Counted from the stretch's first letter, positions 40,058 to 51,309 are shown. The stretch: DNA of 64,000 nt from Promethearchaeota archaeon (GCA_048940925.1 JBHLOC010000006.1:32001-96000); one strand, 5' to 3'. The notes: a model not told the origin generated them from the letters alone. Numbers and translations are program-made.

Positions 40058-40261
40058 ATCCCCTAACCTATTAACTTAAGATAGCATTTTAAAGAATAAA
40101 TATTTTCCTAATTCATTAAGTTATAAGAAAAAGTGATATTTTAATTGATTTTGGAAAAGGAAAACTTTATATACATAAAAAATTGTTTTAGTTCGCAACT
40201 TTTTTCTGCTTTCTGTTTCTTTTTTTGAAAAAGATACTGCATAACAAATACAAAGATTTAA

Positions 40262-40282
40262 ATACTATATGTGATATAGTAT
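40262..40282. promoter_or_regulatory. Perfect inverted repeat, candidate PadR operator
   Basis: ATACTATAT-gtg-ATATAGTAT, about 70 nt upstream of the PadR gene. Confidence 0.55.
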
Positions 40283-40353
40283 CCATAGAACAATATATAT
40301 TAAATACAACATAATTATAAAATTTAAAAAAAAGTGGAAAAAGTTGAAAAAAT

Positions 40354-40896
40354 ATGATAAGACGAGTCAAAGAATTAGATTCAAATGCTTTGATAGCATC
40401 GAAAGATTTCAGAGACTATGTCGAAAAACAAGAAACCGAAATCAATCGAGGTATTTCTTCCCTATGTATACTTTCTATACTTATACAAGCAGGTGAGGAG
40501 GGTTTGTATGGCTATAAAATTTTGAAAGATTTAACGGAACAAACTAATGAAATGTTAGTTATTGAAGAAGGTACACTTTATCCAATATTAAGAAAATTAG
40601 AAGATGATGCTATAATAACAGCTAGAAAAGAGGATTCAGGAAGACGGAGAAAATTTTACAGTGTTACAGAATACGGAAAAAAAATTTTTAATCATCTAGC
40701 AGGATTCTATAGCAAATTAACAGAAGCTATTGCACCACTGTTTGATGTTAAAGTAAATTTAAAGTCAGAAAAATATTTGTTTTGTCCTATGTGTGCTAAC
40801 AAAATTGAGCTTACTAATTTAGAGCTCCGTTTTTGTGACGTTTGTGGACATAATATTGAAAAAGAATTAAAAGAAAGAGGTTTAAGACATGAGTGA
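40354..40896 (+). CDS. PadR family regulator with C-terminal zinc ribbon
   Basis: YGYKI, EGTLYPILRKLE, RRKFYSVTEYG; CPMC...CDVCG. Confidence 0.9.
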   Translation: MIRRVKELDSNALIASKDFRDYVEKQETEINRGISSLCILSILIQAGEEGLYGYKILKDLTEQTNEMLVIEEGTLYPILRKLEDDAIITARKEDSGRRRKFYSVTEYGKKIFNHLAGFYSKLTEAIAPLFDVKVNLKSEKYLFCPMCANKIELTNLELRFCDVCGHNIEKELKERGLRHE

Positions 40897-41944
40897 AAAA
40901 GAAATGAGGAATATAGTAAAAGAATATTTAAAGGAAGTTAAAAACAAACTCCCTGATTGGTTAAAAGAGAAAAAAGAGCATAAAGATTTATTAGCTGAAC
41001 TAGAAGAACACATTTGGAATAAGGCAGAAGAGTTATCAGAAACAGATCAACCAACAGTCGAATCAGTTCATATAGCAGTTACTCATATGGGAACTCCAGA
41101 GAGCATTGCTAAAGAATATAAACGCCGAGGAACACCAAAAGTTTATATCACTGAAGAGATGTGGCCAATATATTTGAGGGTTTTAGGAATTGTATTTGCT
41201 GTGATCATCGGGATTACCATATTAACACAGGTGATAGACTTCATTTTTGGAAACCTTAATGTTGGTGAATTGATTATAAATATCATTCAAGGAATACAGA
41301 TTGGAGGTCTTGGAGCCTTTGTTATAATCACTATAATATTTGTAGTACTTTCTATGGAAGGTTACTTTCCTGAAGATTTTAAATCTAAAAAAACTCGTGA
41401 GAAGGAAAAACAACAACTTGAAATAGCACGAAAAAAAGGTCTTCCAATTTCAGTAATAAAGGAAAAACCACTAAAGCCATTTATTAAACCTGCAGGTGAG
41501 ATTATAGGAGGAGCATTCGGGATTACATTTGGAATATTATTTCTTATCCAACCAATTCCTGCCATCACAAGCTTGATTGCCCCAGAATTTCTATTATATC
41601 TTCAATTTGCGGGAGTATTCATTTTAATTGAAGGAATATTAGATTTATCACGAGGATTAATCGGAAATAGACAAATGATTACTCATCAAATAATTCATGT
41701 GATAACCATTGCTATAAAACTTGCATCTATATCCGTAGTGATCTTGGTGATGAATCGACCAGAGATATTCCCAATAATAATTGTTGAAGAACCAGGGGCC
41801 GGGTTAGTAAATATAGGAATCGCACCAGAATATTACAATATTTTTAGAGGAATAGCGGGTTTGGTTATTGCATTAGTAGCACTTAGTACAATTGAAGATT
41901 TTTATAAGATTTATAAGGCTGAAGGATACAAATCTAAATATTAA
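40889..41944 (+). CDS. HAAS-domain membrane protein (PadR partner)
   Basis: EYLKEVKNKLP...ELEEHI...MGTPESIAKEY followed by several TM helices; 8-nt overlap with PadR. Confidence 0.75.
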   Translation: MSEKEMRNIVKEYLKEVKNKLPDWLKEKKEHKDLLAELEEHIWNKAEELSETDQPTVESVHIAVTHMGTPESIAKEYKRRGTPKVYITEEMWPIYLRVLGIVFAVIIGITILTQVIDFIFGNLNVGELIINIIQGIQIGGLGAFVIITIIFVVLSMEGYFPEDFKSKKTREKEKQQLEIARKKGLPISVIKEKPLKPFIKPAGEIIGGAFGITFGILFLIQPIPAITSLIAPEFLLYLQFAGVFILIEGILDLSRGLIGNRQMITHQIIHVITIAIKLASISVVILVMNRPEIFPIIIVEEPGAGLVNIGIAPEYYNIFRGIAGLVIALVALSTIEDFYKIYKAEGYKSKY

Positions 41945-42141
41945 AATCTTTTTATTTTTCTTTTTTTTTTTTTTAACTATCTAATCAAGTAATTTACTGA
42001 ATCCTATATAAATTAAAAATAGTTAAACCTACTATATTTTTGGTATGATAATAGCAATAATGAGTCAGTATAATTAATAAAATTAAAAAAAAAATAAGGA
42101 TTTATCCTATTTCTTGAAAAAATGGACTATAATTAAGTGTA

Positions 42142-44361
42142 TTATATTGGTCGTGGAAGTATAATATAGGAAGGATAATCAGGCCCTATTAAAATTGTAT
42201 TATTTGCGAAAGATTTCTTTAAATATTGGTAAGAGTAAATAGTTTGTGGAACTCCTGTATTTGGGTTAGCTGCAAAGCGAGGATAGTTAGAACTGGATAT
42301 AGCTATTCTAATTTTATGTCCTACATTAAATTGATACGCAGTTGACCATAAATCTATATCTACTTCTGCATATTCAACACTATTCATAGCAGGAGCGGTT
42401 GCATTAAATCCATTTCTTCGCATAGCATTTATTATTCCATCACTAATTAAAATTGATCTTCCATCAGGATACACATCTGTAATTTTCACTGTAAAATCTG
42501 TATTTGAACAATTAGATTTTACATAAAGATGAGCCCACATATGCCCAACAACTTCATAAGGTTGGGTTAGGACAGAACTTTCAAAAATTAAGATATCTGA
42601 TCTGTTTTCTATTGAAGATTGATCGTAAGGTCCAGCAGGTAAGGCTAAATTAGTACCTCCTATTGTAGGTACAGGATTTCGAGGATCATATAAATATGAA
42701 TAATTAGCATTTACAGTAATTAATTTATTATTTCCTAATATTCCATCAGCATTTAAATACCAAGTATCGTTCTCATAAGGAATAGGCCAATCCTTTGCAA
42801 AACGATAATCATTTGCATTGACAGAAGCATCATCAACATCTCCCATCATATAATAAGCAACCCTATTCCCAGTCCAGTCGAATGCCGAACCTAATAATGC
42901 ATAGTCAAAAAGTTTTCGTTCCCAATTAAGATATAAATCAAAAGCGCTCACAGATTTTGTTGGGAAATATAATTCTCCTTGTTTTCCTTCCCCAGGGAAT
43001 CCATGAGTAAAAGGCCCCATAATTAAAAGCTGTTTTCCTTGAGCTTCTGGGAGACTAAAATCGTCATATCCTATATATCCATCTAAAGTCCCTTGTTGCA
43101 TTACATCATACCATCCTCCAATATGTAGAGCAGCACATCCTACTTTTTGAAAGCTTGGACCAAGATCCATGAATAGTGAGGTTGAATTGTAAACATAATC
43201 TTTTTTAGGATGATTAATAATCATTTCAATTTGATGTTCATAGTTATCTGGTGCAGCATGCTCGATCCAATAATTAACCATGTATTCTTTAAATGCTCCT
43301 CCCGGGTAAATTGCTGTTTTATATAGATCAGGAGTCGCGACCATTATCGATTGAGCCAATAAACCATCAGGATTCATACCAGCATAAAAATATTGATTAA
43401 TACCTAAGGCAGATGCTCCTGCAGATGCGATTTTTCCATTACACCAATTTCGATCGAGTATCCATTTTAAAGTATCTACTCCATCTTTATAAGCATCGGC
43501 AAATAGTAAAAAGTTACCTTCGATCGAAGATTCATGAGTTCCTCTTATATCTTGAACTACAATATGATAATCCTGTGTAGAATACAACATCCTATACAAT
43601 CCCATACCACTTTTACCATAAGGTGTTCTTATTAAAATAACTGGTCTTGGGGCACCAAATGAACCTGGTGAGAAATATACGTCAGTAGCTAATTCTACAC
43701 CATCTCTCATTGTAACCATATATGTTTTTTTTTCAGGGGGAGCATAAGCTGCTGATATTGAAAGAATTGTAGTGGGTGTAGCAATCATTAAAATTAATAT
43801 AGTAATTTGTGCGAATTTTGGAATTGTATTAAATCGTCGTTTATTATATTTTTCAATTAAATTTCCTAGTGAGAGAGACGAATTTTTTAGACCATAATGG
43901 AAATATGTTATTAAGCTTATTCCTATTGCTGCAATTGCATAGTAATTTGACTCGATAAATAGAAACCAGATGATCCCGATTAAGGGCAAAAGAATATCAA
44001 TTAATTTTGCAATATATTTTGTGAATTTGAGTCTAGCTTGCTCTCCAAATTGCTTAAAATAATTGTTAGCCACTAATAAAGAGTAGAATGAGATAAATAC
44101 AGCAATAGGAAAATAAAGCATCCCAAATATAATAATAGAAGTCTGTTTTGCACTGAAATAAATTATTTCGTTTCTAGTGAATAACTTTTTTCCTTCTTCT
44201 AATTGTTTATTATAGTCCTTACAGTAATGAAAATAGTAGGAAGTGATATATATTCCACGACAAACTATCAAAAGTATTAAATTAACACAGAAAATTTGTT
44301 CAAGGTCAAGATACCCTAAAGTATATAGCTGATAAAAAATCATTATAACCCAATTAATCAT
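42142..44361 (-). CDS. CocE/NonD family serine hydrolase with N-terminal membrane domain
   Basis: MRDGVELATDVY, RTPY, QDIRG, GASALG, GWYD, GPFTH, ISSSNYPRF. Confidence 0.88.
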   Translation of the reverse strand: MINWVIMIFYQLYTLGYLDLEQIFCVNLILLIVCRGIYITSYYFHYCKDYNKQLEEGKKLFTRNEIIYFSAKQTSIIIFGMLYFPIAVFISFYSLLVANNYFKQFGEQARLKFTKYIAKLIDILLPLIGIIWFLFIESNYYAIAAIGISLITYFHYGLKNSSLSLGNLIEKYNKRRFNTIPKFAQITILILMIATPTTILSISAAYAPPEKKTYMVTMRDGVELATDVYFSPGSFGAPRPVILIRTPYGKSGMGLYRMLYSTQDYHIVVQDIRGTHESSIEGNFLLFADAYKDGVDTLKWILDRNWCNGKIASAGASALGINQYFYAGMNPDGLLAQSIMVATPDLYKTAIYPGGAFKEYMVNYWIEHAAPDNYEHQIEMIINHPKKDYVYNSTSLFMDLGPSFQKVGCAALHIGGWYDVMQQGTLDGYIGYDDFSLPEAQGKQLLIMGPFTHGFPGEGKQGELYFPTKSVSAFDLYLNWERKLFDYALLGSAFDWTGNRVAYYMMGDVDDASVNANDYRFAKDWPIPYENDTWYLNADGILGNNKLITVNANYSYLYDPRNPVPTIGGTNLALPAGPYDQSSIENRSDILIFESSVLTQPYEVVGHMWAHLYVKSNCSNTDFTVKITDVYPDGRSILISDGIINAMRRNGFNATAPAMNSVEYAEVDIDLWSTAYQFNVGHKIRIAISSSNYPRFAANPNTGVPQTIYSYQYLKKSFANNTILIGPDYPSYIILPRPI

Positions 44362-44432
44362 AAAATTATATTGAGAATAACTTATTTATAAAAGTATCTG
44401 TTCTTTTTAAAGAACTAATTTGTATATTTTCA

Positions 44433-45860
44433 ATGAGAAATAATTCGAAAAAAATTAGAGAAAATAATTATCGGAGATCGTATGGTATTCATTTAACTTC
44501 AAAAGATATTTTCTTAAAATTTATTTTTACAGATATTGAAGATAAATTATGGGATTTTAAATGGGTTGATTTATATGCTGGTGAAGGAAATTTAATTTTC
44601 CCTATTTTAAATTCTATTTCACCAGAAAAACGAATTCAATTTTTTGAAGATCATATTTATCTATCTGATATTCAACCAGAGATGATAGGGAAGAGTATTG
44701 AGAATGCTGAAAAATATGGTATTCCCTCTAAAATAGCTAGAATGAACATTCAATTGAGAAACAACTTAGAGAAATTTCCAGAGTTTTTGAAATGCACTCA
44801 ATTCCCCTTGTTCCATATAACAAATCCACCGTATCTCTATTTAGGATATATTAGAAAGCATAGAGAAACTCAGAAATATTTAGAGTTTTTTAAAGGTAAA
44901 AATAAAGGGTATCAAGATTTATATCAAATTGCCATGATAAATGATTTAAGAAATGGAGTAGAAAATTTAATTTATATTGTTCCATCAAACTTCTTATATG
45001 GTGCTTCTGTTTCAAATAAATTCCGTAAAGATTTTCTCGAATATTATAATATTACTAAAATGATTATATTTGAAACAAAGTTATTTGAATTCACGGGAAC
45101 AAACATTTGTATAGGTTTTTTTAAAAGAAAGAATGTGTCTAAAGCTGAAAATATAAAATTTGAAGGAATCAAAATAAAAAAAGATAATAAAAAACTTGAA
45201 AAAAGTTATATCCTTAAACCAGATTATAATTATCGCGCTGGTTATGAATTTAATGAATTCATTAAAAAATATCTTGTTCAGAATCACTTGAAAATAAATT
45301 TTTACTTATTAAAAAAAGTAGTTTTAAATAATCAAGGGAGATTTAAGATTAGAGTTATTGATGCAAATATTTACCAAAATAATGAATATCAGAAACTAAG
45401 CCTTTACATTAATAAACAAATTAAGGAAAAAATTGAATCTAATATTTTATATGTTCGAACTGTTGATACAGGTACTTATAATGGTAGGGTTGGTTTAGGA
45501 ATTATTTCTGAGGATTTTGGTGTGGAAGGCATATATGTATCAGCGAATACATATCGAACTCATCCAATTCAATTATTTATTGAACCAACTATTAGTAAAG
45601 ATGATCAAAGATTATTGAAATACTATTTTAATTCTGTTTTAGAAATATTTAGAAAAAAATTAGATAGTGAATTTCTCACAACTTATAAATATTCTGATGC
45701 TGAATATACAAGAAAATATTTGGGATTAACGCAAGTAAGATCTTTAATAGAAACATTTCCTATTCTCGAAATGAATTCAGGTGATAGAGTTACCTTAAAT
45801 AATTTAATAAATTATAAGGATTTTGAGGGTATAGTCTTATTTCTAAAACAATTCAAATAA
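44433..45860 (+). CDS. N6-adenine DNA methyltransferase (gamma-type order), orphan
   Basis: YGIHLT (motif X), DLYAGEGN (I), TNPPY (IV), DLYQ, IVPSNFL. Confidence 0.8.
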   Translation: MRNNSKKIRENNYRRSYGIHLTSKDIFLKFIFTDIEDKLWDFKWVDLYAGEGNLIFPILNSISPEKRIQFFEDHIYLSDIQPEMIGKSIENAEKYGIPSKIARMNIQLRNNLEKFPEFLKCTQFPLFHITNPPYLYLGYIRKHRETQKYLEFFKGKNKGYQDLYQIAMINDLRNGVENLIYIVPSNFLYGASVSNKFRKDFLEYYNITKMIIFETKLFEFTGTNICIGFFKRKNVSKAENIKFEGIKIKKDNKKLEKSYILKPDYNYRAGYEFNEFIKKYLVQNHLKINFYLLKKVVLNNQGRFKIRVIDANIYQNNEYQKLSLYINKQIKEKIESNILYVRTVDTGTYNGRVGLGIISEDFGVEGIYVSANTYRTHPIQLFIEPTISKDDQRLLKYYFNSVLEIFRKKLDSEFLTTYKYSDAEYTRKYLGLTQVRSLIETFPILEMNSGDRVTLNNLINYKDFEGIVLFLKQFK

Positions 45861-45884
45861 ATTTAAATTACATTATTTTTAAAT

Positions 45885-46757
45885 TTAGATACTTGCTAAA
45901 ATAATAGCAATAAGCCCTAAAAACATTCCGATTTTTAATAATAAACTTATTCTTGAGAAATCTTTTTTATCCATATTCTTTTTAGGCATTAATATAGCTG
46001 CATAAAACACCACTGCTATACCAAAAATCATTGCAATTGAAAAGGCTAAGCGATTTATTAAGTCCGTGAATGCAGCAAGTATGAAGAATAATATAGATAG
46101 AAATGCGCTAATCATAGAAAAATAAGGTGCTTTTTTTATCCCTATTTTAATAGCTAAAGTATTTACTCCTGATTCTTTATCACCCTCGATATCTTCACAT
46201 CCCTTTATAATCTCACGAGATAATAAACCAAAAATACTATTTAAAAAAAAGAAATAAATATAAATTGGAATAATTAAGCTATTCAAAATTGCTCCATATA
46301 TAAAACCTATAGAAAAAGATACACTAACTATAATATTCCCTAAAAAGCCACTTCTTTTACCCCATTTTGCATATATCCAACCCATAAAACCAAAAAATGT
46401 AGCTATAATTACATTTAAAAACAGCAAGTTGCTAATAATGCTATGAATAATAGAAAGTAATATCCCTATAGTAATACTTCCAGCATACAGATATTTTGCT
46501 TCTGAGAGAGTTATGGCTCCTCTGGGAATGGGTCTTTCTGGCCTATTAATTTTATCAATCTCAACATCATAAATATCATTTATTACCATTCCTGAACCAG
46601 CAATAAAAAAATAAGTCATTACACCAAGAATTATGTTAATGATGATTGTTCCAAAACTAATATTTGATCTCGTAACTAAAATTCCAATTATAACAGTGAG
46701 ACTGCCCATTAAATCATTGATTGGTCGAAGAATTTCGACAGCTTCTTTAAATTTCAT
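45885..46757 (-). CDS. Digeranylgeranylglyceryl phosphate synthase (UbiA family)
   Basis: LRPIN, NDIYDVEIDKINRPERPIPRG, REIIKGCEDIEGD. Confidence 0.9.
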   Translation of the reverse strand: MKFKEAVEILRPINDLMGSLTVIIGILVTRSNISFGTIIINIILGVMTYFFIAGSGMVINDIYDVEIDKINRPERPIPRGAITLSEAKYLYAGSITIGILLSIIHSIISNLLFLNVIIATFFGFMGWIYAKWGKRSGFLGNIIVSVSFSIGFIYGAILNSLIIPIYIYFFFLNSIFGLLSREIIKGCEDIEGDKESGVNTLAIKIGIKKAPYFSMISAFLSILFFILAAFTDLINRLAFSIAMIFGIAVVFYAAILMPKKNMDKKDFSRISLLLKIGMFLGLIAIILASI

Positions 46758-46780
46758 GCGAATTAAAAATAATAATAGTT

Positions 46781-47611
46781 TTATTTTTTTTTAACATAAT
46801 TTTTTTTTTGCATTTTCCCTGTATTTTTGATTTCATCAATAATAAGTTTTAAGGAGTTTCCATTATCTCTTAAAACATTATTTTCAAGATAGGTTCCCAT
46901 AACGATTATATCTGCTCCTGCTTCTACAAACAAACTAGCATCATCTTTGTTTTCTACACCACCTCCAACAATTATAGGAATATTTAGAATTTGTGAACTT
47001 GTTTTTATATGCTCTATCGGAATTTTTTCACTTCCAGAACCTGCTTCTAAATAAACGATTTTAAATCCAATCATATCTGCTGCAAGAGCATATGCTGCTG
47101 TTAGTTTAGGTTTATTTCTCGGTAGCAATCTTGCATCTCCAATCCATCCTGCAGTAGCACCTGGTTCTATTATTAAATAACCCATTGATATATATTCCAG
47201 ATTAGCAGCTTTTACTGTATATGACGCAAGGGCTTGTTGACCAATAATAAAATAAGGATCAGATGAGTTTAATAAAGACATGAAAAAAATAGCATCAGCA
47301 TGCTTAGAAATATTACTAATACCACCAGGAAATATAATGATCGGAACTTCTACCTTTTCCTTTATCGCTAAGATTGTTTTATCAACAAATCCTTGATCAA
47401 AGACTGTACTCCCACCAATTAATATCGCATCAGTACCAGCTTCTTCTGCGTATTTTGCTATTTTCGCTGCTTTAATTGGTCCCTGTCTTAAGGGATCTGG
47501 ATCTATTAAAGAAAAATGCAAAGCTCCTTCATTATTAATCTTGTTAATTATATATTCATATGTACGCTGCTCAATATACTCATCAATTATTATATCGACC
47601 ATACATACCAC
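46781..47611 (-). CDS. Geranylgeranylglyceryl phosphate synthase
   Basis: LIDPD, IGGST, FPG, FMSLLNS, YLEAGSG, IVGGG. Confidence 0.92.
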   Translation of the reverse strand: MVCMVDIIIDEYIEQRTYEYIINKINNEGALHFSLIDPDPLRQGPIKAAKIAKYAEEAGTDAILIGGSTVFDQGFVDKTILAIKEKVEVPIIIFPGGISNISKHADAIFFMSLLNSSDPYFIIGQQALASYTVKAANLEYISMGYLIIEPGATAGWIGDARLLPRNKPKLTAAYALAADMIGFKIVYLEAGSGSEKIPIEHIKTSSQILNIPIIVGGGVENKDDASLFVEAGADIIVMGTYLENNVLRDNGNSLKLIIDEIKNTGKMQKKNYVKKK

Positions 47612-47625
47612 ACCTATATAAAATT

Positions 47626-49017
47626 TTATTTCTTTTTAGTATTCAAAATCAACTTTTTAATTTTCTCATAAATTGAAATTACCTTATTTTTCCATTCTGG
47701 AAAATCATCGACTTTAATAGGAAATTTCTTATAGAGAGTAGAAATTTCTTTCATTCTAAGTCTAAGATAATTTAAATCTAATAATAAATTGGGGCGAGAA
47801 ATACCCTTAAATGCTTTAACTGCCATATTTATGAAAGAGAGGTTCAACCCTCCAGTTGATGAAATTTGTAAAATTTCATCTCCAGTCAACAAATCACGTT
47901 CTAAACCAAAGTTTAAATCATCATTTGAAAGAGTCTGAAGTACAATTCTTAACAAATCTAAAGCAGCAAATTCAGAACCAAAACTTGTCATTATGTTATA
48001 ATTATAATTCCATAATTCGCGAATTGAATAATCATTACTCTCTATAGCGTTTATCGCAGAATTTGCTGCGTGAAATCCAGCTCTCATAGAAGGATCAATC
48101 CCCCCACCATGAAGCGGATTAACTTGGCAACCAGCATCCCCTATAAATAAGATCCTATTATCTACACATGACCATAAAGGTCTTCTTACAGGAACTACCC
48201 CTCCTCCTGAAGATATAATTTTATAATCTGAAGATTTTATAAATTCATGAAATACATTATTTTGATATAATTTTTTTATTTTATCCCCATAATCCATGAA
48301 AGTTCCTATTCCAATATTTACAGAAGATTCATTCTTAGGAAAATACCAGATATAACCACCTGGCGCTTTTTCTTGATCCAGAATAATTGAGATAAATTCA
48401 GGATCTTGGACTTCTTGTTGACTTGTAGTAAATTTTACTATTTCTCTATAACAGATTATACTATCTTCTTTTAATATTTCTTTTTCAACTAAACTACTTC
48501 TTATTTTCCTCCTTAATGGAGTATAAAAACCACTCCCATCAATTAAAATATTAGCTTTAAGCTCAGTTCGTTCTCCGTTTGGTAATTTTACCTTTAAACC
48601 ATTTATTTCTCCATTTTTATATAATAGGTCTAATGCCATAGTATTATCTAAAAATTGCTCCACACCAGCATCCAGAGTTTCATTCAATAATCTCTGACCA
48701 AATTCTAATCTGTTTATAATATATCCTGCTTGTTTTGGATCCTTCAAGGTAATACATTTTTTAAGATTTGGTGAATAAAGCTTTGCTCCTTTTATATGGC
48801 ATGATAGTTCTTCATCTTTTGGATGGTTAATATTTAAAAAATCAAAAATTTCATTTCCCACAGCATCACCGCATATTTTATCCCCAATGTGATCTCTCTG
48901 CTTCCTATCAATCAAACATACCTTTAAGCCATTTTTGGAAGCAAATCTAGCCGCAGTTGTACCTGCAGTACCAGCACCAACAACAATTACATCAAAAGAA
49001 TTTTGGATCTTTTCCAT
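47626..49017 (-). CDS. Geranylgeranyl reductase
   Basis: GAGTAG, KICGDA, PGGYIWYFPK, GDAGCQVNPLHGGGI. Confidence 0.9.
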   Translation of the reverse strand: MEKIQNSFDVIVVGAGTAGTTAARFASKNGLKVCLIDRKQRDHIGDKICGDAVGNEIFDFLNINHPKDEELSCHIKGAKLYSPNLKKCITLKDPKQAGYIINRLEFGQRLLNETLDAGVEQFLDNTMALDLLYKNGEINGLKVKLPNGERTELKANILIDGSGFYTPLRRKIRSSLVEKEILKEDSIICYREIVKFTTSQQEVQDPEFISIILDQEKAPGGYIWYFPKNESSVNIGIGTFMDYGDKIKKLYQNNVFHEFIKSSDYKIISSGGGVVPVRRPLWSCVDNRILFIGDAGCQVNPLHGGGIDPSMRAGFHAANSAINAIESNDYSIRELWNYNYNIMTSFGSEFAALDLLRIVLQTLSNDDLNFGLERDLLTGDEILQISSTGGLNLSFINMAVKAFKGISRPNLLLDLNYLRLRMKEISTLYKKFPIKVDDFPEWKNKVISIYEKIKKLILNTKKK

Positions 49018-49082
49018 GACAGAGAGTATAAATTACTTATATTTTATATTTATTGTTTATATCAAATAAAAAAATGATAAAC

Positions 49083-49832
49083 CTATAGTAAAGTTAACAG
49101 ATATATAATTAATGTACTACCTATGGGAACTGTTAAATCATCGTAAGTACTAGGAGAAATTAATTCAATTATAGTTGCAATTACGCTTGTTATCAAAGAA
49201 TAAATTAGAATAGTAGAAAAAGAGAGTGGGTCTTGAAAAGTTGGAATTAGGAAACCAAATAAGAAAAACGAAAGAAAGCATAATAAACATGCACTTACGA
49301 AAAATGTTGACGATCCCTCAAGTGTTCTTTTTGAATTTGTCCAAGGTAGACTTAAACCTATTTTTCCCCAACGTTTTCCAATCACTGATGCTAAAGTATC
49401 AGCAACTATCATTATCAGTATACCAGCTATTGGAAAATAAAATTGATCGTGAGCAAATATTGCAAAAATAGATACTAATAATGTAATGGAAAGACAGTAG
49501 AAAAAGGGACCTTGAAGAAAAGCCCTCTTTAATCCCTCTTCCTGTTCTTCAGAGATAACATCATACAAATCTTTCAATTGTTTTATTTTAGATTCTTTTG
49601 AACTGAAGTATACCAACAATGTTAGAGAAGCTGCTATAATTGTGGGCCAAAATGGCCAGTAATAAAATGGTGAGCTAAGTATTGCTAATCCTGCAGACAT
49701 ATGTACAGTTTTTCTCGCAGCAAACTTAGAAATCTTTTGTTTTTTATATAATCTAAAAGGGATAAAAATGGTGAAAATAATGTATAAGTAAGTAATACCT
49801 ACAATTCCAAGGTCAAAAAGAAATCCATTCAT
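49083..49832 (-). CDS. Phytol/dolichol kinase-like CTP-dependent polyprenol kinase
   Basis: RKTVH, ADTLASVIGKRWG, KRTLEGS, DDLTVP; ATG 49832 preferred over TTG 49970. Confidence 0.85.
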   Translation of the reverse strand: MNGFLFDLGIVGITYLYIIFTIFIPFRLYKKQKISKFAARKTVHMSAGLAILSSPFYYWPFWPTIIAASLTLLVYFSSKESKIKQLKDLYDVISEEQEEGLKRAFLQGPFFYCLSITLLVSIFAIFAHDQFYFPIAGILIMIVADTLASVIGKRWGKIGLSLPWTNSKRTLEGSSTFFVSACLLCFLSFFLFGFLIPTFQDPLSFSTILIYSLITSVIATIIELISPSTYDDLTVPIGSTLIIYLLTLL

Positions 49833-49978
49833 TTTTGCATTAGTTCTATTAATAATTAAGCCAATAAAGTATTCTTGCTTTAAAGACTTTATTAACAAAC
49901 AAGACTTTCCGAATCTTCCGAATATTTTTAGTAAGAAAACGAAAAATTTGTGAAGAATACTAGATAGCAATACTATTT

Positions 49979-51172
49979 TTAAAGCTTGTCTGGTGGCAAT
50001 GGAGGTACAATATTATATTCCCAATCATCAACTAAGGGAGAAGTCCACCAATGTTCTGGAATATGATCGTAAACACCATACTTTTTTAAACCATTAATGA
50101 AAGCATTAATATTCGACTCAGGTACTCGAATGTGATCTACTTGTGGATAGAAATATGCACCAAAACCCCCTTCTCGAGTTCCTAAATTACGAATCATATG
50201 CCAAACTTCTCTTTCACATTCTTGTGGTGTATCCTGGGTATAAATCGATTGAATATTTAAGCAAGCCCATATCATAATTTTTCCTCTGAATTGATTTAAT
50301 GCAGGGTAACCTGTCATTCGGGGACTATCCAGTTCAAGAGCATCTAAATCCCATTCAAGTAACAAGGGAATTATTGAATCAATTTTTCCACAACAATGTA
50401 AATGAAATTCACACCCAAGTTCATGCGCGGTTTCAATTATAGGTCTATATACCGGTTCATAGAATTCTTTAAATAACTTTGGACTTAAAAAAGGTCCTTT
50501 TTGTTCACCTAAGTCATCATAAATCACAAATCCATGGGGCTTGGCTCCATATTTTACCCACATTTTTTCATAATTTACATAAATATTTGTAAGATGTTTT
50601 AAAAGTTTCCTGAGTTCATTTTTATTTTTATAATGATCTAATAAAAACCTATTAAAACCGCGCATTTGACTAGCAATTTGAAATGGTCCAAGATTAAGCG
50701 TACACATACGATATTTTTCTCTTGCTTTTGTTTTACTTCTGTCTATACTAAAAGAATAACGGCTTTTTTCATCAAAATTTGGAGTATATTTTTCAAAATA
50801 TTCATCAAATGTATTATAATCTGTAAGTGATGGTCTCCCTGGGTGTCCCATTGTATTAATACCCTTCCTAATCCAGATAGTTCCAAATTCATCAATTTCT
50901 TCTCTTGGTAAGTTTTGCCAATTTTTATATTTAGGATCATTAGCCCATTCGGGTTTATCCCATTTCCATAACCCATATCTTATAAAATATTCAGTTCCAT
51001 AAGGAAATAAGCCAATCTCATTCTCATCATGCCCAGGTCTCCAATTTTTAGATGGTGATGAGGTAAGAACATAGATATCACTTCCACTACCAAATCTCCA
51101 TATTGGAACCTTATCTGGACCTCTGAAATTTATGGCAGATCTAACTCGTTCAATTGAATTTACAGCATTCAC
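49979..51172 (-). CDS. Uroporphyrinogen decarboxylase/cobalamin methyltransferase (MtaA/CmuA-like) family protein
   Basis: DEFGTIW, MRG, DDLGEQ..FLSP, HLHCCG, GGF. Confidence 0.8.
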   Translation of the reverse strand: MNAVNSIERVRSAINFRGPDKVPIWRFGSGSDIYVLTSSPSKNWRPGHDENEIGLFPYGTEYFIRYGLWKWDKPEWANDPKYKNWQNLPREEIDEFGTIWIRKGINTMGHPGRPSLTDYNTFDEYFEKYTPNFDEKSRYSFSIDRSKTKAREKYRMCTLNLGPFQIASQMRGFNRFLLDHYKNKNELRKLLKHLTNIYVNYEKMWVKYGAKPHGFVIYDDLGEQKGPFLSPKLFKEFYEPVYRPIIETAHELGCEFHLHCCGKIDSIIPLLLEWDLDALELDSPRMTGYPALNQFRGKIMIWACLNIQSIYTQDTPQECEREVWHMIRNLGTREGGFGAYFYPQVDHIRVPESNINAFINGLKKYGVYDHIPEHWWTSPLVDDWEYNIVPPLPPDKL

Positions 51173-51309
51173 CCTTTTTTTAGAATAAAATATATTTATT
51201 GAACATACAAATATGACTATTAAAACTAAAAAATGATTGTTATTTTATAAACAAAATACTGATCCTAAATTTAATATTAAAAAAAAAGAAAATTAATAAA
51301 AGAAATAAC

